Positions 26,277-38,600 of a stretch of DNA of 64,000 nt are shown one piece after another (position 1 is the first letter of the stretch; every line of letters starts with the position of its first letter). The DNA comes from a virus. The DNA is taken from the IMG/VR virus record IMGVR_UViG_3300008267_000004, positions 1 through 64,000 of that record; one strand, 5' to 3'. The notes beneath the pieces were generated by a model. The model saw nothing but the letters and a program-made list of their open reading frames with translations. It made no database searches and was not told where the DNA came from. Both the position numbers and the translations under genes were made by a program.

Positions 26277-28688
26277 TTACCTCACAACAATATTTTGATA
26301 ACTTATTACTTTATATTGATTACTGATAGGAAGATTCGTAAATTCTTTTAAATTAGCACCTAAAATATCTGATGAAATTGGTATACATCTAATTAATATT
26401 TTTTTTCCAACCTTAAGGGAGTTTTTAATTTCTTGATTACTTATATCAAATATTTCCCATGTAAGTTTTTTCATTTTTTTAACACTAGAACCATCTAATA
26501 CTTCATCTTCTGCATTTTTTAAATATTCTATCCTTACAATTCTTTGAGATAAAATTGAATAAAGTAAAAAACTATCTAAGTCTTTTACAATATTATTTTT
26601 TCTTGCATCTGTACTTGCAGCGATTTCATAGATAAACAATTTATTTTTTGACATTAATGCCATAATTGTATCTACATATTCCTCTTTTGTTTGATTTGTA
26701 TTTTCTAAAGTTTCGTCTACTGAAACTTTAAATACCTGACTTAGTATAGATTTAATCTGTTGCATATCAATACTGAGTAAAAATGTTCTGTAATCATTAA
26801 GAGTAGAAAATTTAAAATCCCCAGTGTCAATAAAAGACATTTCTGGATAATTTTCTGCTAGCATTTTATATAAATATTGTGTTTCATCAAAACAGTTTTC
26901 GTTGATCCCTTTTTTTACGGCATTTTTAAAAATAGAACTTTTAAAATTTTGATTGTTTTGCGAAAAAATATTGTTTAAAGCTGGAAAACTCTCCTTATAT
27001 ATTGCACTATTAATTTTAGAAATTAAAAATTTGGGAGATGAAAAACTTTTACCTTGGTTCTCATTGAGTCTATCAAAAAGATATCCTTCATCATTAAAGT
27101 AACTAAAACTAAAATCATTATCTATAGTTTGCTGTGTATCATTTAAGAGTCTATATTTATCTTGTAAGTGATCATTTTTTTGAAGTTCTAATATTTTAGA
27201 AGCTTTAAACAATAAATCTTTATAAAAATCTAAGAAAGCACCAATGGATTCTAAATTACCATTTTCTGGTGATATCAAATTTAAAATTTCTGTTTCTTTC
27301 ATCAGTAAATCATATTCAGAAATAGCGTTATATAGTTCTACGTATGTATTTGCAGATTTTTTAGAGAGATCCCAAGCGGATCTTTTAGAATTCTGCAATA
27401 AAATAAATTCATCTGTAAAATAATCAGAAGAGAAATCATAATAGATATTTCTTCCAAGACTATCTTTTTTACTACTCATGCTTTGACATAAACTATAATA
27501 TTGTTTTAAATAAGCAAAATCAGAGTTACAACTTGTTATTAAATTGCTTAAAACAACTTTATAACCGTCTGAGATCAATATAGATAAATCATAGTTAAAT
27601 TTTTTATTTACAATAAATGATGGACGAACTTCATATCCTTTTATAAGAGAATTAGAGTTAGAATTAGACAAAAAATTAAATTCATTTGTAGAATGCATAT
27701 AGGAATTATTATCTTCTCCACGTATTTCTGTGTTTATTACATTGGAGAACCTTTTAATGGTTTCTATATTATTTTCTATAAATTTTGTTTTTAAAAATGG
27801 AAAAATAGAAGATCTATTCCTTAAGAAGTTTAATATGTCAATTGCAAAATGCACAATTAAACTACCACTGTCGTTACGAGAAGTATAAAAATTTGTAAAA
27901 GCACTTCCTAAATCTTTATTTTGTTTAAGAGGCTGCTTAATATTAATTTGTCGTAATCTGTTCTCTGGTCTTAAAATATTTCTATATCTAACAAAAATTT
28001 CTTGTGATAAATTTTCTAATTTTATCTCTTTTTGATTTACAAAAGCATAGGCATCGCCATTTTTTAGTGAATACTCAGAACACCATAACTCTTTTACGCT
28101 ATCATTATTTATAAACCATCTAGAAATATTTTTATTTATTAATCCATCTTTAAATATAATATGCTTATCTAAAATAAATTTTAGATTTGAAGAGGATTGT
28201 TTTATTTGTATCGAATAATCTTTAGAATATTGCTGATAATCAAAATAAACATATGCAATCATGCCTATGAATTTTTTTTGTTCTAGTTGGATTTCATATC
28301 TACAATCATACATTAATTTATATATCGTAGATTCATCATCTGAATATTCTATAAATTGCTTTTCAAGTTCTTTACTATCAGAAGAGATATTTAGTATTGG
28401 GATTGTTTTTTTTTCAACTTGACCAGCTTCTATTAAACTAATATAGTTATTTTTATTAACAGAATTGAATAAATTTTCGTCATAAACTACTGCTAATTTT
28501 ATACTACAATACTTATTCAAATTATTGTTATAAAACCAGCCATCCTCACCAGAAGATTTTATAAAATCTCTGGTACATAATTTTGTGTTAATAATCAATT
28601 CATCATTTATTTTTGAAACACTGAAACTTTCAAAAAAAACATTAGGAAATCCACTATCCAATATTGATTGTATATTTATATTTGACAC
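26277..28688 (-). CDS. Large hypothetical protein (tail/baseplate region)
   Basis: About 803 aa. Probable GTG start at 28688 in a TAGTG overlap with the upstream stop. Confidence 0.55.
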   Translation of the reverse strand: MSNINIQSILDSGFPNVFFESFSVSKINDELIINTKLCTRDFIKSSGEDGWFYNNNLNKYCSIKLAVVYDENLFNSVNKNNYISLIEAGQVEKKTIPILNISSDSKELEKQFIEYSDDESTIYKLMYDCRYEIQLEQKKFIGMIAYVYFDYQQYSKDYSIQIKQSSSNLKFILDKHIIFKDGLINKNISRWFINNDSVKELWCSEYSLKNGDAYAFVNQKEIKLENLSQEIFVRYRNILRPENRLRQINIKQPLKQNKDLGSAFTNFYTSRNDSGSLIVHFAIDILNFLRNRSSIFPFLKTKFIENNIETIKRFSNVINTEIRGEDNNSYMHSTNEFNFLSNSNSNSLIKGYEVRPSFIVNKKFNYDLSILISDGYKVVLSNLITSCNSDFAYLKQYYSLCQSMSSKKDSLGRNIYYDFSSDYFTDEFILLQNSKRSAWDLSKKSANTYVELYNAISEYDLLMKETEILNLISPENGNLESIGAFLDFYKDLLFKASKILELQKNDHLQDKYRLLNDTQQTIDNDFSFSYFNDEGYLFDRLNENQGKSFSSPKFLISKINSAIYKESFPALNNIFSQNNQNFKSSIFKNAVKKGINENCFDETQYLYKMLAENYPEMSFIDTGDFKFSTLNDYRTFLLSIDMQQIKSILSQVFKVSVDETLENTNQTKEEYVDTIMALMSKNKLFIYEIAASTDARKNNIVKDLDSFLLYSILSQRIVRIEYLKNAEDEVLDGSSVKKMKKLTWEIFDISNQEIKNSLKVGKKILIRCIPISSDILGANLKEFTNLPISNQYKVISYQNIVVR

Positions 28689-29581
28689 TAGCAATCATCT
28701 CCAGAAGGTACAATTTTAGAAGATCCATAGATATAAATTCTATCAGGTTCTTCCAAACTTTCTTGTTCAATATCAAATTGTACATCAAAATAAGAACTAA
28801 CTAATTTTATTTTTTCTTCAGACCAATCCTCAGCTTCTGCGTCTGGATCGGAAATATCTATATCATATGTAGAACCTGCACCACCTAGCATATCATCTAC
28901 AACTTTTAATAATCTTGGATTATTTGTATCTTCAAAAGACAACAACTCTCCCTTATCATTTTCTATTTTATAGATTTCTATATCAAAATTTTTATTGAAA
29001 AAATCAGTATTTTCTTCAAATATGTTGATAAAGATACTGTCAGCTTTCATTTTTATATAAGTATTGTCTAAATTTGGTTCAAATATTAATATTTCATTTT
29101 GTAAAATTTCTTTATTAGAAAATTCGCTATCTATTGTAATGTCTACATATGATTCTTTTAAATTTATTTGAGTTATTTTATCAGAAGAAAATTTATCATA
29201 TTCATAACTACTTGTTAAAACTACCGATTCTAGTTGAACATTTTTAAATGATATATTAAAAGAAGCTACTTCTTGACCAACATCCTCTGAACTGACTAAT
29301 GGCACTCCTAAATATCTAGAATAATCTAATTGCTCTTGAAGCATATTTGTAGATGCACTTGTAAATCTTGGAATTGGCTTTAAATACGGTGTTTCTGTCA
29401 ATATTCTTGTTTGTGTATTATTTTGTGTTTCTGTGAATCCTATTTTTTCCGAATCATAGATTATATCATCGTCATAAAATGCATAATAATAAGGGTTAAA
29501 TAGTCCATTAAAATATTTCTGTCTACCATATGGAGTTAACTCAACAGACATTACCTCCTCTTTACTGTTGAAAAAAGACAT
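28688..29581 (-). CDS. Virion structural (baseplate-region) protein
   Basis: N-terminal VELTPYGRQKYFNG...YAFYDDDIIYD, related to the N-terminus of 23119..24051. Confidence 0.55.
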   Translation of the reverse strand: MSFFNSKEEVMSVELTPYGRQKYFNGLFNPYYYAFYDDDIIYDSEKIGFTETQNNTQTRILTETPYLKPIPRFTSASTNMLQEQLDYSRYLGVPLVSSEDVGQEVASFNISFKNVQLESVVLTSSYEYDKFSSDKITQINLKESYVDITIDSEFSNKEILQNEILIFEPNLDNTYIKMKADSIFINIFEENTDFFNKNFDIEIYKIENDKGELLSFEDTNNPRLLKVVDDMLGGAGSTYDIDISDPDAEAEDWSEEKIKLVSSYFDVQFDIEQESLEEPDRIYIYGSSKIVPSGDDC

Positions 29582-29614
29582 TTTATTTTCCTTTTACATA
29601 AATATAATCAATAT

Positions 29615-32600
29615 TTATTTTTTTCTAGTTTTCTTTCTTAGAACAGTAGATGCTACATCTCCTACATTACCAGTTCTATTCATTCTATCAGATAACGTAG
29701 TACCACTTCCAACCCCCGTTAATGCATTACCACTAACTCCACTAACAACATTAGTTCCATATCCAGGTTTTGATGTATCTACTACAGTAGTTACTTCAAC
29801 TTTTTCTTTATTTCTTAAGTCAGTTAATCTTCTCTGATCTTCTTCTCTTCTTTTACGCTCTTCTTCTTCTATTCTTTTTCTATTCTCTTCTTCTATTCTT
29901 CGTCTTTCTAGTTCTTCATAATAAGCAGTTTTTTGCGCCTCACGTTCATCGACTTTCCACCATTTATCTTGTGGAATTAATCTAGTAGGTTCAGGAGTTT
30001 CATCAGAAATTTTTAATGATGCATCAATATTAATCATTTCGACTAATGAGAAATAATCATAAGGCCAATTATATGAATATTCAGGTCTCCTATCCCCAGA
30101 AATAAATGAGAATTTAAATCTTTGATCATCCTTAGAATCTGCTGTTAATTTATAATAATTCGTATTAGCTCTTTTCTTTACTTTAAATACTTTCCATCTT
30201 ATATCTTTTGGTAAAGTTTTTCCATGAAAAAATTCATTTTCTGTTAAATCATGAGATAAAGTAACAGAGTCTTTTTCTGCAATTCTAGAAATTTTTGGCA
30301 TCAGACCTTGCCACATATCTAATAAATCTTCTTTATCTAATATATGATTAAATTCAATAATATACATAACAAATGGATCTATATTTTTATTTGATATCCA
30401 ATCCAAATTTGGAGGTAGATTATAATTAAACATATTTTTCATTGTTTTAACTATAGAGTTATTTTGCTCTACGGTAATATCATTTAATCTATTATTTAAT
30501 TGTTCTAATGTTAATTTAGAAGATTTTATGTCTAAACCGATAATAGAATTAATTTTATTGGTATCTACATAAAAATAACTTGGTTTATTTTGTGTATCTG
30601 CTGATTTTCTATCGCTACCATAAAATCCAAACTCTCCGCTTAAAGGAAGTATTGTTCTCGCTGTAGATTTATCTCCTACATGATTTTTTTCTAATGTATA
30701 TGGGATCATAACTATAGCTTCTGATATATTTTTTTCTTCCGCAATAGTTCCTATGTTTTTTACTTCCTGATTAAAACCACATAAATCTATTAAAGAGTCT
30801 GAATAAATATCAGTTTTAATGCCTGATCTCTCTTTTATCTCTAAACGTAATTTTTCTTTTTCACTTGGAATGTTTCCATAAGCCATCCAATAATCATTAG
30901 TGTCAGTAGTTGAAACAACAGGACACTCAAACTTTGTTTGAATTACCCATCTATCAAGACTATTATCGGGATTATCTGAAATATTTAATGGATTTCCTGC
31001 CTGATCAAATTGAACTATCCTTTCACTAGATTTTTGTAAATAATTTAAACTGGATGTTAGGGACATTATTTCTGTGTTAGCAGGTAGTCCTAAACCATAG
31101 TAATTAACCATAGTTGATATTGTATAATTTTCTTTCCAGAAGTTACTTCTTTTTTGCAAAATATTATTCACAATATTGCTTGCACTTACATACGAATAAG
31201 TGGCAGAAGGAGTTCCAGCGGAATAAACAACTAAATTACTTAAAATTTCATCTAAAGAATATTTTCTTGTATCAGTAGGAGTAAATGCTAAAGTCATATA
31301 ACTTTCTCCATAGTGATATGGTGGACTATAAGCTCCATGTGTCCACGAATTTACAGCTGAGTCTATCATTCCTTCTATATAAACAGTATTACCTGGTAAG
31401 GTTGATGCATAACTGCAAAATCCAGGTCCATAGTGATTTCTACTTCCACTCGCTGAATAATCTTTATTAAGGTTTTCTTCTTTAGATAGCACTATGTCTA
31501 AAGTATAGGCAACTCCAGATACAGCAACTTTAAAATCTTTCTGAGGTGAAGATACAAATGATGTAAGTCCTTTATTTTTTAAAAAAAAGTTAGGAATCTC
31601 GGATAAGAAATTGTGCATAGCCATTTTATATCTATTATCTTTAAAATTAAATGTATTGTTTGCAACGCCAGTGAGATTAGTGCTTAAGTTATAAAAAGGA
31701 ACAATATAGTTAGACCTATCTTCCGATTCTGGAGTTGATGCTGATATCATACTATAACTATAATATGCTGGATTTATGTAGTAGAGAGATGCGCTTTGAG
31801 CTATGTTAGCTGGTATAATTGTATCAAACTCTAATAAAGATTCAAATGGCATTCTATAGTTAGCTCTACTTCTAAGTTGAAATTCTCTTTCTACAGCGCC
31901 AGTAATAACTGTAAGATATGGCGACCCAAACGGTCCACCAGTTCGTTCCCAGCCTCTAACTAAGGCACCGGTTGTATAAAAATGAGGTAATCTTCTATAA
32001 TTATTATTTATCTCACTATCCCCAAAAGATCCAGTATTTATATAAGCAGGCCAATCACAGGCTATACCAGCTTTAATACTATTAAATAATATACCAGGTG
32101 AAAATAAAGGTTGAGTTAAGGAAAGCATCTGTTGATTATATGTTGGACCGAGATAATCAGTTGCTCCATATGATACAGTATGTCTTCCCCTTTCTGTTGA
32201 ATCCCCAACCCATGAATTACAAAAATGGTAAAATAATTGTACAGATCTCTCTGAAGGATAAAATCCTTTATATGGCAACAGCTTTTTGATACCATCAATA
32301 GTTATTTCTAATTTCTTATTACCTATTTCTTCAAAAATATCAGAATGGAAGTTGTTGGTTAAATTTAGATTGCCTGTAACATTTATAAATTCTTCGTCTG
32401 CTCCATCTAAAGATAAATAAGAAGAAGTATATATAGCATTAAAATCACCATTGTTATCTTTTATATAAAAGTCAGAAACATCATGAAATTTATATTCTGG
32501 TACGTAAGAATATTCATATGCTGAATATTTAATATCTTCATAAAAATCTTGATAAGAATCAAAAAATGGTTTTTTACCACTAGAAGTCATTGTATATGTT

Positions 32601-35600
32601 GTTCCTGTATTAAATGAAACAAACTCAACCCCTCCAGTAACAAACTTTGGGCCTGGATTCATAAAGAACAATTGTGGTCTTGGGATAAATTCACTATTTG
32701 ACATTGATAATACAGAAAATAATGTCTCATATTCCGTATATGGAACCAACTCTCCATATATATAATTACTTCCAGTCATAATATGACTTAATCTTGATCC
32801 TATCGTAACACTTCTTGTAATTAATGGACTAAATGATTTATCTAATTCAAAAATACTAGAAGTGTGGAAAGTATCAAAAGAAGAAGTTAGAGGGTGTACT
32901 AAGTATAAATGGTTAGGATGTGCTAACCAATTATCATTATAATGACAAGCTGTAATTATATCTGATCTTACAGTTTTTCCTCTTAGAGTGTTAGATCCTG
33001 AAAAATAAGATGAATAAGAACTTGATTCAAGAGCACCAAAAGAACTGGTTGAAATATGTGTTGATCTTATTCTATTTAATATATTATCTTTCCAAAAAGT
33101 TCTCACATTAGCAATATTTCCATTTCTTCCATTTGATCCCGTAGTTCCATCTGATTCATAGTTTGGTTTACTTCTTATTCTACTAAGAGTTGAATATAAT
33201 TTAGAAGGGAATATTTTTTTCTTATGTTCCGCTCTTTTTAGCTCAAACGAAGAATTGTTCTCATATAAAAATCTATATTTAGAATAGTCTAGTTTATTTA
33301 TTTCCACATCTTTAATGTCTAGTTTTAATTGAAGACCTTCATTTGCGAATGAAGAAGAAATATTATCATATTCATTTAGCATGTATGGCTCATAAAATAT
33401 TTTATTTTCTTCTAATTTATATTGATTTGTTAAAATAGAGTTTTTTGTTTTATCTAGGATCACTTGCTTAATAGGATAGTTATACTGCACAGGCGGTTCT
33501 TTGTACGAGCTAAATGTATTCAAAAACCCACTTGATTGTCTATCCTGTGTAGATATTTCATTATCTTGAACTGTTATAATATTTTCTTTTTTGTTTAATC
33601 TAACTAAATTGTTATCGTTATTTCTTATCTGTTTCCAAGAAGGATATCTATAAACTGAGTTATTATTTAACAAAAATTCTCTATATGGATTTCTATTAGG
33701 TCCGCTTAAATCAGTTAATGCTTCATTATTTAAATATACAAGATTAGATGATCTATCATATGTTTTAGTATTTCCCATAAAGATATTGCTTACTGATACT
33801 GGTTCTACTTTTTTGATTACATTATAAATGTTCGGCGGAGAATTAAGGAAATCATATACATAGAAACTGATATTTTCTAATGTACCGCTTGTATCTCTAA
33901 CATATAAACCAGCTGCTGTCATATCATAATTAGTGAAGCTGGAATATTGAATTATTCTATTTGTAAGTCTTGCGGATGATATATCCCAAGCAGTTGAAAG
34001 AGTAAATTCATATAATCCGTCTGGTAACAACAATGGATCGTCGTCTTGAACGTCAGAACTGACATATAATTTTGTTCCATCAGAAGAAAATCTAATTGAG
34101 TCAGGATTTCCCATTAAAACAGCACATCCAGTAAGACTTGTTGCAAAACTACTAGATGTATGAATTTCTGCGCTATCGCGAGTAACACCAGCATTAATTG
34201 TAAACGGAGTAGCTAAAGAAAATTGATATATTTTTTTATCTACATTGTTAGCTATGTACATCTTTGTACCATCTGGTTTAAACTCTAATCCCTTACCCAT
34301 GTTAGAACCAGTAACTAGCGTTTGTGCTGCAACTGTAGATAATTTTAAAAAGTTCCAAGCATCTGCAGCTGCTAAAGTAGAAGATTTTGTTATTCTTGAG
34401 TTGTATTCATCTAGTATAAAAATTTCTCTTCCATTGGGATTAATCCAAATTCCTTGAGGATATATACCAGCAGCACTTCCACCTAAAAGAGTTCCAATGT
34501 TAATAGACCCAGTAGATATAATACTTGTTATATCCCAAGCATATTGAAGATCATATTGCCATAATGTAGAATTTGCAGCCACACCGCCAGCAGTAGCATA
34601 AAGTCTTTTTCCATCTGGTTTAAAATATATCTCTAGGCCATATTGAACTATTGAATCTCTATTTTTTACATAAATAGACTCTATTGTTTCATTGACACCT
34701 GTTAAGAAAGTTATATAGTTGGCTAAACTAGATGATGCTTGGCTGTTTATATAACCACCAATCCCTAAATTACCAGTTACAGAAGCTGTAATCCAGCTAT
34801 AATTTCTATCAGATCTAGGAATTTGGTGCTGGACAAATTGATTATCGTATTCTACTCCTTGAGTGGTTATGGTTGTTGAAGTACCTGATAAAACTGCTTG
34901 ATAAAGAGCATTTTTATTTACCTTGTGTAAAGAAGGAAAATTTGAATCAATACTAGAAGTATTTGAATGCCAAGCATTTAAATATTTTCTTACTTTTTGG
35001 TTTCTATTATTTATTGAGTTATATACACTATACTCTTCACTATCTTCGTCTAATGCTCCTCTTGCATTTGTTTCTGCACCAGGGGTTGAGAATCTATTAA
35101 CTATAACTGTTGAATTTGCTTTTCTTTCTCTTAATTGTTTTTCTCTAAATATACTATTAGAACTTGCAGTAGAAGAATAGTTCATGGCTCCACTGTTAAT
35201 CAATTCAGTGTTTGTATCATATCTGCTATTTAAAGATAATACTTCATATCCTTTACTATAATTACCAAGTTCTTCTTTAGAAATATTATGTTGAATATTT
35301 CTTATATTCACCGGACTTTTAATTCTTGTATTTCTGTATAACAATCCATTAATCGATGCAGCTGGTGCTACAGAAGAAGATCCATCTGTCAGATATAATT
35401 CTTTTCTATCTAAAGTTTGATTAATAGAATTATGTCTATGAGAGTTCCCGCCTACATGTGCATCGGTAAATGGTCCTTGTAAACCAATTTCTCTTGTTTC
35501 TGTATAGGCATCAGAAAAGTTATTAGTAATATAATTTGTATTATTTGATGTATTTTTAAATACACTGAAAGGTAAAATGCCTTCAGAGTTTAAAGAAAAT

Positions 35601-38600
35601 AGATCATCCAGATTCCCACTTATTGAAGTATACAATTTTTGCTTCAATAGCGATAAATCTTCAGTTGATTCATTGACACTGGCTGAGAAGATTATATTAA
35701 AATTATTTCCCTGTGCATATAGACTCTTTATAAATTTATACTTATTCATTGGTTTTAAGTCATGAACACTTGAAACCACTGATAATGCATTTGAAAATAA
35801 TCTAACTTTATCTTCATAATTGTTATAAGCTATATTTAAATTTTTATCAAATGCGTTATAAATTGTATTTATATTCTTATGATATGAAGCCTTTCTGATC
35901 TGTTCTCTATCTGCATCAACTTCTAAAACTCCACTCGAAGAGGAAACATCGGTCACTCTATTCGCTCTTTGTTTTGCCCATGTTTTTCCAGAAGGAGAAG
36001 AAGGTGGTTTAATATCGCTATAATTAATATTTGTTGTTGTGATAGATGTTGGACTAGAAATAAATATGCTTTTTTGTGGAGGATTGCTTATCATAGAAAA
36101 AGCTCTAGATTGACGGATTTTATTTCTTTCCATCACATGGCTTTCTATTGTATTTGATATAAAGTTATTAGATTGTGCTGAAGCTGGAACTAGTCTTGAT
36201 AGCATTTCTATTATAGAAGAATCTATCCATTTATAGAATTCTATATATTTTTCTAGATCTGGTGTAGAACCTAGTTTGTTAAAATATAGAGTTCTAAAAT
36301 ATTCTAATTGTTTATAGTTATCTGAATAGTTATTTATTTTGTGACCAATTATTGTATTTAAATCATTTACAGAAGAGAATAATTTTATAGCATCTTCTGA
36401 AATTGTTTGATACATGCTTTTTTCAAAAATCATCTGATAATCAGTTGTCTTAACATCTTTATTTGTTCTAATAGTTTCATTGCTTACTATTTGAATCATA
36501 TCATCACCAGAAATTATTTCTGGTAGCTTACTTTTATTTGATGAAAGATAATATGATTTACCGACTTCTGAATTACTAGATGGGAATCCGTATCCCCTCG
36601 CACTATGTTTTTTAAATAAGTTTTGACTATAATCACCATATCTTCTATCGTTTAAACTACCAGAAGATAAATCGTATGAGTAGAAATTACCACCAGAATT
36701 AGATCCTGTAATATTATCAAAATTCCAATGAAGAACTAATGTATCCAAATTAGTAATATTCAATGTTCTTAGGGAATTGATTCCTTTATAAGCTATGGCA
36801 TCAGGATCTTTTATTCCATAAAGATCAGGGTTTAATGCATGGTTATTTATCTGTGTGTTATCTAAGTAATTTAGCCAATACTTAACAGAAAACACTCCAA
36901 CATCAGAATAATTTATAACTGATCCTGTAAAGTTTTGTCTATTTGCTCCAACATATAACCTTCTAAAGTTTTTTAATGCAGAAACTGCTGTCGCGTTAGT
37001 TATTGTTGTGGAGCTAGAGAAAGAATTTACTATATCGCCGGCAACCGTATTTACGCCATAAAATTCTAATCTATAATCTTCACTGGCTGAAGCAAAAGAA
37101 ATGTCAGCTAATTCATATTTTGGATGCAATATTCTAACAGCTAAATTCCATCTTTCATCATTATAGGCATTATATATGATTGGCGATTCTAAGTATTTTC
37201 CTCCAAAAGCAGAAGAACTTAAAACAAATCTTATATGAGGACTCTCATATGAAGTTTTTACAGCATAGACTTGAAAATTAAAATTGTCTGGGGATTGAAA
37301 TGAAAGATCTCTTTCATCTGAAGCTGCTTGATACACACCATATATAGAAGATGTTAGGTATCCAAACTCAAAATATTGAGGTGAGTCATCTTCAAATTTT
37401 TTAGGAAGAAATATTTCTGCTTCTATTGTATTTGGCACTAATTCAAAATTATTTAAAGAAGAAGAAATTCTTAGATATCCTCTTTCATCTGATTGTCCAA
37501 ACACAGAAGCTGATTGAAATACAGTAGCTGAGAAACTTGAAGTATTATTAAAATTAACATATCTTCTTGTATATGTTTCTTGCTCCAAATTATCTTCTAT
37601 CAAATACTCTGAATTATTTGCATATATATTAGGTTTTACTATTTTTTCATCGATTCCAAAAGTTCTTAGAAGATTTCTTATTGATTTTGATGTTCCCTTA
37701 GATTTATATAAATAAATTAAATTATTGTATATATTTCTTAGTATTTGATTTTTTACTTCATGTACTTTTTCATCAAAATTTAAGTTTTTATTTTTTGAAT
37801 CCAATAATTCATATAAAGAGGTGTCTGAAAGAATATCCGACACATCGAAATCATATGAAGTTAAAATTTTATCGTAGAAAGGTAGTGCTTTTTCACTTCC
37901 AAATGAAGGATATTCTGAATATCCAAGAGTTTTTAATTTATCTATTTGTACATGCAAATTATCAAAATAACTTCCAATAATTTGCATCAAATTTTTAATT
38001 TCATCTCGTCCTTCTCTTTGCTCTTCTTCAACAATCCAAGAAGGAATTGTATTTATAAGCATATTTGGATTATTTTCATCATACTCACTACCAGTGGTTT
38101 CATATAGAGAGTATAAGTTTACAACATCAGAGTGATTTGCATAAATAATTGGATCTTTTGGTTCAGTAATGCTTGGATTAGCTAATTCCATAGCTGAACC
38201 AGTTGATCTATCAGAAGAATTAAAATAATTTACTATTGTTCCATTGCAGATATGTCCTGAGTAATCCAAACATATTGAATCTATACTAGAAGTTCCTGTA
38301 GTGCCTTCATTAAATTTATAGTAAACTCCTAAGTTTTGATTATTTTCATCATTGTTAACACCGCCTCCGACATGAGAATACATGTTTAATCTAATGTCAG
38401 ATTCATCTCTTTCCTCATTCCAGAATCTAAATTCATCAAATGAGCCATATACAGAATATAAAGTTGGACCCTGTGTTAGTCCAAGTGTAGATAACATACC
38501 ACTTCCCAGAACACCTGTAATATTATAAGAAGATGATAAAAATCCATTTGTAGTTTGTCCTGCTGAAGCACTTGTTGATACTAATACTCCATCTAAGTAA

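Noticed and set aside
5891-33934. Intragenic TAATTAGT copies at 5891 and 33927 as promoters
   Set aside because: Far from any start; about a dozen chance copies per strand are expected at this AT content.
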